DNA of 64,000 bases from Candidatus Latescibacterota bacterium. Lineage in GTDB: Bacteria > Latescibacterota > UBA2968. The notes below the pieces were generated by a model. It had not been told where the DNA came from. It made no database searches and saw only the letters and a program-made list of their open reading frames with translations. This document shows, piece by piece, positions 58,067 through 64,000 of this stretch. The stretch is from NCBI GenBank assembly GCA_965205975.1, contig OZ242195.1, forward strand, positions 800,001-864,000. Reading direction: 5' to 3'. A program made the translations under genes and the position numbers. The first letter of the stretch is position 1; each line of letters opens with the position of its first letter.

Positions 58067-59080
58067 ATGACAAAACTCGGATTGGGTGTGATTGGATGCG
58101 GCAATATGGGCGCGAGTCTGGCCAATGGTGCGCGGGACCTGGACTGCGCTGAGGTGGTTTGTGTCAGCGATGTGGATAGTGAAAAAGGCCGGGTGCTATC
58201 TGAGAAAATGGACTGCGATTACGAGGCGGATTATCACACCATGCTGGCGCGTGAGGATGTGCAGGCCGTCATGATTGCCACGCCGCCGTTTTTGCATATT
58301 GATCCCACGATTGCAGCAGCCCGAGTGGGCGTGCATGTGTTTTGCGAGAAGCCCATGTCGCCTACGCTGGCGGGGTGTGATGCGATGATCGCCGCGTGTG
58401 AGCAAGGTGGGGTTAAGTTGGGTATTGGGCTGGTGTGTCGCTTTCACCCGGTGCATCGCAAGGTGCGCGATTTGGCTCGCGGGGGCGATTTAGGGATGCC
58501 TTTGTGTTTGATGGTGCATCGTCTGGGTGGTGGATGGGGCGGCGTATGGTCTGCAACATGGCGGGAGTCAAGAGCCAAAAGTGGCGGTACGCTGATGGAA
58601 GTGAATGCACATGAAATTGATTTTATGCGTTTTGTGATGGGCGATGCGGAATCGGTTTCTGCGGTGGGTGGGCAGTTCGTGCAGATGGAGACGGATTTTC
58701 CAGATGTGGCACTCGTGTCCATCCGATTCAAAAACGGTGGGGTAGGGGTATTGCATTCCAGTCAGGCAAGTGCTATTGGAGGTTATGGCGGGCGGTTGGA
58801 TTGCGCCAAAGGCTCGGTGGTCTTCCCCTCGTTTTGGGGGGGTGAAGGTGGCTTGCGCTACAAGCGATACGACGGTGGTGAAACGGCGATTCCCGCATCG
58901 GAGTTATCGCAAGATGAGAGTCCGGTGAGCCAGGAGATTCGCGCGTTTTGCGAAGCGGTGCTCAATGGGGAGGAGCCACCGGTGTCTGGTGCAGATGGTC
59001 GGGCAGCCGTGGAGATTGCGTTGGCAGCTTATCGGTCTATTGAAACGGGCGAAGCAATTGTGTTTCCATTTGAGGAATGA
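58067..59080 (+). CDS. Gfo/Idh/MocA-family oxidoreductase
   Basis: IGCGNMG, HVFCEKP, GGTLMEVNAHEID. Confidence 0.92.
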   Translation: MTKLGLGVIGCGNMGASLANGARDLDCAEVVCVSDVDSEKGRVLSEKMDCDYEADYHTMLAREDVQAVMIATPPFLHIDPTIAAARVGVHVFCEKPMSPTLAGCDAMIAACEQGGVKLGIGLVCRFHPVHRKVRDLARGGDLGMPLCLMVHRLGGGWGGVWSATWRESRAKSGGTLMEVNAHEIDFMRFVMGDAESVSAVGGQFVQMETDFPDVALVSIRFKNGGVGVLHSSQASAIGGYGGRLDCAKGSVVFPSFWGGEGGLRYKRYDGGETAIPASELSQDESPVSQEIRAFCEAVLNGEEPPVSGADGRAAVEIALAAYRSIETGEAIVFPFEE

Positions 59081-59086
59081 GACATT

Positions 59087-60325
59087 ATGGCGCGAAAATT
59101 TGAGATTCCAGAATTTTACAAAAGTCCGATTATTTCGCAGGTCAAAAGAGCGCGACAACTATCGGATCCCAAAAAGCGCGATTTGCAGCCCTCGGTACTG
59201 GATTTTGGGCCTGTGCGTTTTTTTTTGGCACGGCATTTTGGGTTTTGCTTTGGCGTGGAGAATGCCATTGAAATTGCGTATAAGACCCTGGAAGCCCATT
59301 CGGACCGGCGCGTGTTTTTTCTGAGTGAGATGATTCACAATCCCAATGTGAACGCGGATTTGCAGGATCGCGGCGTGCAGTTTATGTTTACGCCGTCTGG
59401 GGAACAGCTCATTCCGTGGGACGCGCTCGTTCCCAAAGATATCGTGGTGGTGCCAGCTTTTGGTACAACTGTGGGAACGCAAGAGGAATTGGCCCGGCGG
59501 GGGATTGATCCATATCAGTACAATACTACCTGTCCATTTGTCGAAAGGGTGTGGAAGCGCAGTGCTCAATTGGGAGATGGGGATTATACTGTCGTCATTC
59601 ACGGGAAGACCATACACGAAGAGACGCGGGCAACTTTTTCTCACGCGGTTCAAAATGCGGAGGTCGTAGCTGTACTGAATTTGAAAGAGGCGCGTATTTT
59701 GGCAGATATTATTCGGGGCAAACGCGATCTTCGTGCTTTTGAACGGCATTTTAGACACAAGTGCTCACAGGGATTTGACCCCAGTATCCATTTGTCGCGC
59801 ATCGGTGTGGTGAATCAGACGACGATGTTGGCTACTGAAACGCATAAAATAGCTGAGATCATTCGGCAGGGACTCATAGATCGGTATGGAGGGGAGAATA
59901 TCGACGATCATTTTGCGGATACATCAGATACACTTTGTTATGCCACCAACGAAAATCAGAATGCGACATATACACTGATTGAGCAAGGGGCTGATCTCGC
60001 TCTGGTTGTGGGAGGATACAATTCTTCGAATACATCGCATATTGTGGAATTGTGCGAGGAAGCCATGCCGACGTTTTTTGTGAAGGATGCCGAGGAGTTG
60101 ATTTCAGAACGCGAAATTCGGCATTATTGTCTCAAGTCGCACGGGGTGGAGATTGCCGAGAATTGGTTGCCCGATAAAAGACCTGTGGATATCGCACTGA
60201 CATGTGGTGCCTCGTGTCCCGATGCAGTGGTGGATGGTGTGCTGTTGCGCGTGTTGTCTTTTTTTTCCGATGCGAGAGATGTGAATGATGTGCTGGCGTC
60301 GTACAGGGCGATGGAGCCTGTGTAA
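59087..60325 (+). CDS. ispH: 4-hydroxy-3-methylbut-2-enyl diphosphate reductase
   Basis: GFCFGVENA, IHNP, TCPFV, NQTT, TLCYAT, SSNT, GASCP. Confidence 0.95.
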   Translation: MARKFEIPEFYKSPIISQVKRARQLSDPKKRDLQPSVLDFGPVRFFLARHFGFCFGVENAIEIAYKTLEAHSDRRVFFLSEMIHNPNVNADLQDRGVQFMFTPSGEQLIPWDALVPKDIVVVPAFGTTVGTQEELARRGIDPYQYNTTCPFVERVWKRSAQLGDGDYTVVIHGKTIHEETRATFSHAVQNAEVVAVLNLKEARILADIIRGKRDLRAFERHFRHKCSQGFDPSIHLSRIGVVNQTTMLATETHKIAEIIRQGLIDRYGGENIDDHFADTSDTLCYATNENQNATYTLIEQGADLALVVGGYNSSNTSHIVELCEEAMPTFFVKDAEELISEREIRHYCLKSHGVEIAENWLPDKRPVDIALTCGASCPDAVVDGVLLRVLSFFSDARDVNDVLASYRAMEPV

Positions 60326-60332
60326 TACGGAG

Positions 60333-60749
60333 TTACTCCTCTCCTAAGACTTCGAGAAGCCTGCGAACTTTTTCCAGTGACTCTTTTGTGTGCAACCGAA
60401 GCAGTGCAGAAAGCACGGCTTTTCCGTCTTCAGAAGACAGTAAAATATTCAGTTCTCTGAGTTGTTCTGTTGTGAGTGTGTTAATCCGGTCGCTTACAAT
60501 ACTGCTCAACTCGAGATCGCGCTCTTGCGGATAAACGATCATTGTTTTGGGATTTGCATCCAAAAGGACATCCGGCGAAACGCCCAAAGCAGTAGCAATA
60601 GCGACCAGGGTATCGGTTCGAGGCACTTTTGTCTCTGCTTCAATGCGAGATACTGTTGCCTGGTCAATATTGGCCGCATTGGCGAGGTCGAGTTGGGACC
60701 AGTTTTTTGCGTGCCTTAATTCCCTTATTTTTCGTCCAGTTACAATCAT
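60333..60749 (-). CDS. XRE-family HTH transcriptional regulator
   Basis: GRKIRELR..WSQLDLA..IDQATVSRIE...IATALGV. Confidence 0.9.
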   Translation of the reverse strand: MIVTGRKIRELRHAKNWSQLDLANAANIDQATVSRIEAETKVPRTDTLVAIATALGVSPDVLLDANPKTMIVYPQERDLELSSIVSDRINTLTTEQLRELNILLSSEDGKAVLSALLRLHTKESLEKVRRLLEVLGEE

Positions 60750-60782
60750 AAATGAAAAATAAGGGAATTTTATGAGTTTATT

Positions 60783-60829
60783 TATGTTCATGGGCATATA
60801 TTATGATTAAAAATATGTATTTATGCATA
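60783..60829. promoter_or_regulatory. Two operator-like boxes TATGT-N6-GCATA
   Basis: 60783-60798 and 60814-60829, starts 31 bp apart, in the divergent XRE/YWTD spacer. Confidence 0.55.
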
Positions 60830-60861
60830 TTACACGTTTGCATTTTTGGATTGGAGTCGCT

Positions 60862-61662
60862 ATGAGAAAAATGTATTGGACAGATCTGGGAACTTCTAAA
60901 ATTCAGTGTGCAAATCTGGATGGTTCAGATGTCGAAGATCTCGTTGCTACCGGGTTGCGTATTCCAAATAGCCTCGCTATAGATGGGGGCGGGGGGAAGA
61001 TGTACTGGACGGACGCTGGGACGTCCAAAATTCAGTGTGCAAATGTGGATGGTTCAGATGTCGAAGATCTCATTACTGACGATATATATCTACCAGGTGG
61101 AATGACGGTGCATGGAAAAAAAAGAAAAATATATTGGACAGAGGCGGCCTGGGGAGAGACCGTGGAGTGCAAAGTGCACAGAGCGAACCTGAATGGCTCT
61201 CATATCGAAACCCTCGTTTTCACCAAATTGAGTATTCCCAACGGTATCGTCTTGGATCTGGACATGGGTAAGATATACTGGACAGACTTAACGAAAATCC
61301 AGCGTGCGAACCTGGATGGTTCTCATGTTGAAACTCTCATTTTTCCCGAATTATTGCCATTAGGAATTGCCTTAGACGTAAGTGAAGGGAAGATGTACTG
61401 GACGAACTATAAGGGTGCTGGCGTGTCTAAAATTCAACGTGCAAACCTGGACGGCTCCGATGTTGAAGATCTCGTTACTATGGGATTAGATCGCCCATCG
61501 GGGATTGCTCTGGATGTGGTGGAAGGGAAGATGTACTGGGGAGACTATGACAACTATCGCACGGCTAAAATTCAACGTGCAAACACAGACGGTTCAGATG
61601 TCGAAGATCTCGTTACTATGGGATTGGAGCGCCCATCGGGGATTGCTTTGTGTTGCTTCTAA
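60862..61662 (+). CDS. YWTD (LDL-receptor class B) beta-propeller protein
   Basis: Six repeats of K[MI]YW[TG][DEN]...[IV]x[RC]AN[LVT][DN]GS.[VI]E.L. Confidence 0.9.
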   Translation: MRKMYWTDLGTSKIQCANLDGSDVEDLVATGLRIPNSLAIDGGGGKMYWTDAGTSKIQCANVDGSDVEDLITDDIYLPGGMTVHGKKRKIYWTEAAWGETVECKVHRANLNGSHIETLVFTKLSIPNGIVLDLDMGKIYWTDLTKIQRANLDGSHVETLIFPELLPLGIALDVSEGKMYWTNYKGAGVSKIQRANLDGSDVEDLVTMGLDRPSGIALDVVEGKMYWGDYDNYRTAKIQRANTDGSDVEDLVTMGLERPSGIALCCF

Positions 61663-61683
61663 ATATCTCTACTTTTTCATGGG

Positions 61684-61712
61684 TTGACTTTCACCTTTGC
61701 ATGGGCTATATT
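61684..61712 (+). promoter_or_regulatory. Sigma70 promoter of the micropeptide/structured RNA unit
   Basis: TTGACT-17-TATATT. Confidence 0.7.
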
Positions 61713-61717
61713 GGAAC

Positions 61718-61967
61718 CACACAAGAAAGGAGGTGGTCGAATGAGTGAAATGACCAGTGGAGGTGGCTGTCGTTAGGTGCGCCTCTGCCAGGAGCGGGTG
61801 TAGCATCTCGAATGGTAGCGCACCTGGCAATCCAAGACAGCCATCGAGCGGTTTGTTATCTGCCACATTGGCGATTTTTTAATAGTCGCGAGGCAGAAAC
61901 TTCCGTCAGACGATGCGCCGCACGGAGATGGGTCGGTTTTCCGACACCCGACGTGTGGCGCTTTTTT
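61718..61967 (+). ncRNA. Candidate structured RNA with three stem domains and a U-tract
   Basis: TGGCTGTC/GACAGCCA, AGGTGCGC/GCGCACCT, TCTGCC/GGCAGA, GCGATT/AGTCGC, GCGCCGCACG/CGTGTGGCGC followed by T6. Confidence 0.55.
61741..61776 (+). CDS. 11-aa micropeptide MSEMTSGGGCR
   Basis: Perfect SD AAAGGAGGT shortly upstream of the ATG; TAG stop. Confidence 0.55.
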   Translation: MSEMTSGGGCR

Positions 61968-62083
61968 GTGGCTTTCTAACTTGACAAAATTGGATTATAC
62001 TGTAATTTCAAAGGCTTAAAGATTCTAAAATTAGGAGAGGAGGTGAGCGCATTGCGCCATAACCATGCGGCGCGATTGAGACG

Positions 62084-62515
62084 ATGATGACACCGAGTGC
62101 GAAAAAAGATGATGTTGAACAGACCTGGTATGTCGCCGATGCAGAAGGCAAGATACTGGGGCGATTTGCCAGTGGCGTTGCCAGTATTTTGCGCGGCAAA
62201 CACAAGCCTTTTTATACTCCCCATGTTGATACGGGAGACCATGTGGTTATTGTAAATGCCGAAAAAATTCAGGTAAAGGGCAATAACAAAGCCCAGCAGA
62301 AGGTTTATACGAGCTATAGTGGGTATCCCGGCGGGCTTAAGAAACAAACGCTGGAAGACGCGCTGGAAAAGCGCCCCACGTTTGTACTCGAGCACGCGAT
62401 TCGGGGCATGTTGCCCCACAACAAGTTGGGGCGGCAGATGATCAAAAAGGTCCGTATTTACGCCGGACCAGAGCACCCACACCAGGCTCAGTCTCCTGAG
62501 CCTATTGATTTATAG
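62084..62515 (+). CDS. rplM: 50S ribosomal protein L13
   Basis: [31 protein letters not shown]. Confidence 0.98.
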   Translation: MMTPSAKKDDVEQTWYVADAEGKILGRFASGVASILRGKHKPFYTPHVDTGDHVVIVNAEKIQVKGNNKAQQKVYTSYSGYPGGLKKQTLEDALEKRPTFVLEHAIRGMLPHNKLGRQMIKKVRIYAGPEHPHQAQSPEPIDL

Positions 62516-62528
62516 AGGAGGTGATTGT

Positions 62529-62924
62529 TTGGCAGTTGAACCACTGAGTTCTGCTACGGGGCGTCGTAAAACATCGACAGCACATGTGAAACTCTTTCCC
62601 GGAACAGGGTCGATTACTATCAATGGGCTTTCTGCGCTCAACTATCTCAAACGGGAGACATTGGTGATGATTATCGAACAGCCCTTAGATGTGACCGAGA
62701 CCCGAGGGACTTATGATATTGTTGCCAAAGCAAAGGGTGGCGGTTTGACCGGTCAGGCCGGTGCCGTGCGATTGGGTATTGCGCGCAGTTTGCAGCGCGT
62801 GAATACGGGCAATCACAGACCCCTGCGACAGGCGGGCTTGCTCACGCGCGATCCGCGCAAAGTGGAACGAAAAAAACCCGGGCAGCCCGGAGCACGTAAA
62901 AAATTCCAATTTTCCAAGCGTTAA
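62529..62924 (+). CDS. rpsI: 30S ribosomal protein S9
   Basis: TTG start after GGAGGT; TGRRK, GGGLTGQAGA, QFSKR. Confidence 0.98.
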   Translation: MAVEPLSSATGRRKTSTAHVKLFPGTGSITINGLSALNYLKRETLVMIIEQPLDVTETRGTYDIVAKAKGGGLTGQAGAVRLGIARSLQRVNTGNHRPLRQAGLLTRDPRKVERKKPGQPGARKKFQFSKR

Positions 62925-62944
62925 ACCAGAGTATTTTCTCTGAA

Positions 62945-63030
62945 TATCACATGTATCCTGATTGCTTCATGGGTGCCAGACGGCAATGGAGCAATATGAG
63001 GGATGCAGAGGACAAACCCAAAGTGCAGGA
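62945..63030 (+). promoter_or_regulatory. rpsB leader (S2 autoregulatory, t44-like RNA)
   Basis: CACA..stem..GGGTGCC..GAGG..AAACCC pattern directly upstream of rpsB. Confidence 0.6.
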
Positions 63031-63036
63031 GGTGAC

Positions 63037-63795
63037 ATGGCCGTTGTTTCAATGAGGCAACTGCTCGAATCTGGGGTTCACTTCGGGCATCAAACCCGGC
63101 GGTGGAATCCAAAGATGCAGAAGTACATTTTTACAGAACGCAATGGTATTTATATTGTCGATTTGCAAAAGACGCAGGCGCAAATCGAAGCGGCATATCA
63201 AGCCGTGCGCAAGGCTGCTGAAACGGGCCAGCCGGTTCTTTTTGTCGGCACCAAAAAACAGGCCAAAGACATCATTGTAAATGCCGCGGAACGCTGCGAT
63301 ATGTTTTATGTCAACAACCGCTGGTTAGGGGGCATGTTGACAAATTTTCAAACGATTCGGCAGAGCATTCGTCGCCTGGATACGTTGGATAAAATGGCTG
63401 GCGATGGCACATATCAGCAGTTGACCAAAAAGGAAGTATTGCGTTTGGAACGCGAGCGCGATAAGTTGCAAAAATCCCTGGGTGGAATCCGCAGTATGGG
63501 ACGTTTGCCAGCACTCGTATTTGTCGTGGATACTAAAAAGGAAAAAATCGCAGTCGCCGAGGCTCGTCGCCTGGAAATACCTCTTGTGGCAATTGTTGAT
63601 ACCAACTGCGATCCGGATGAAGTTGACCATCCAATTCCCGGCAACGATGATGCGATGCGATCTATTGCACTGATTACAGATTTGATGGCCGAGGCAGTGG
63701 TCGAAGGTACAACTGTTCAACAGGATGACGAAGAAGATGGCCCTGCGCCAGATACGGGCCCTGAGATTACAGAAATTGATCCCAGCAATAATTGA
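63037..63795 (+). CDS. rpsB: 30S ribosomal protein S2
   Basis: [40 protein letters not shown]. Confidence 0.98.
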   Translation: MAVVSMRQLLESGVHFGHQTRRWNPKMQKYIFTERNGIYIVDLQKTQAQIEAAYQAVRKAAETGQPVLFVGTKKQAKDIIVNAAERCDMFYVNNRWLGGMLTNFQTIRQSIRRLDTLDKMAGDGTYQQLTKKEVLRLERERDKLQKSLGGIRSMGRLPALVFVVDTKKEKIAVAEARRLEIPLVAIVDTNCDPDEVDHPIPGNDDAMRSIALITDLMAEAVVEGTTVQQDDEEDGPAPDTGPEITEIDPSNN

Positions 63796-63811
63796 TAAGA
63801 CGGAGACTGAA

Positions 63812-64000
63812 ATGGCTATTTCTGCAAAAATGGTTCAGGAGTTGCGTGCCAGAACCAATGTGGGCATGATGGATTGTAAACGGGCGCTCGAAGAAGCCGA
63901 TGGCGTTATGGATAAGGCTGTTGAGTTGTTGCGTAAACGGGGTATTGCCAAAGCCGAGAGCAGAGCGGGACGTCAGGCTAACGAAGGGGCGATTGCGTCT
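63812..64000 (+). CDS. tsf: Elongation factor Ts (partial)
   Basis: [26 protein letters not shown]...ELLRKRG. Confidence 0.97.
   Translation, partial: MAISAKMVQELRARTNVGMMDCKRALEEADGVMDKAVELLRKRGIAKAESRAGRQANEGAIAS

Noticed and set aside
60333..60861. Prophage remnant
   Set aside because: No cro, integrase or other phage gene nearby
61718..61967. tRNA, tmRNA, SRP or 6S identity for the structured RNA
   Set aside because: No T-loop or CCA end, no ALAA-type tag, no SRP helix 8 motif, and not one long hairpin

Overview
The window has two parts. From 1 to about 54.7 kb it is an accessory region of roughly 45 almost entirely minus-strand genes with heterogeneous base composition. It encodes six intact Cys-type sulfatases, phytanoyl-CoA-dioxygenase (PhyH)-like enzymes, lyase/sialidase/GH4/GH140/GH50-like glycan enzymes, and small cassette-type genes (GNAT, NUDIX, HAD, Ham1, APH, MFS). 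About a dozen 5' or 3' gene fragments and several degenerate attC-like remnants lie between the intact genes. This part also carries a TnpB-only IS200/IS605 element and an IS3 element flanked by two different truncated genes. From about 54.8 to 64 kb it is mostly core genome: a UVR-domain protein, an Ldh_2 oxidoreductase, Gfo/Idh/MocA-ispH, an XRE regulator divergent from a eukaryote-like YWTD propeller, and rplM-rpsI-rpsB-tsf. Gene order and content suggest an FCB-group marine bacterium, possibly Ca. Latescibacterota-like (inference only). The best leads are: (1) a self-contained transcription unit at 61.7-62.0 kb encoding an 11-aa peptide followed by a highly structured RNA; (2) the co-oriented mosaic gene array with donor-flank scars and decayed attC-like sites; (3) an orphan 18-bp copy of the TnpB element right end 40 kb away from the element; (4) a polysaccharide lyase-PhyH fusion; (5) an XRE/YWTD switch with two operator-like boxes. 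All calls come from reading the sequence; no database searches were run.
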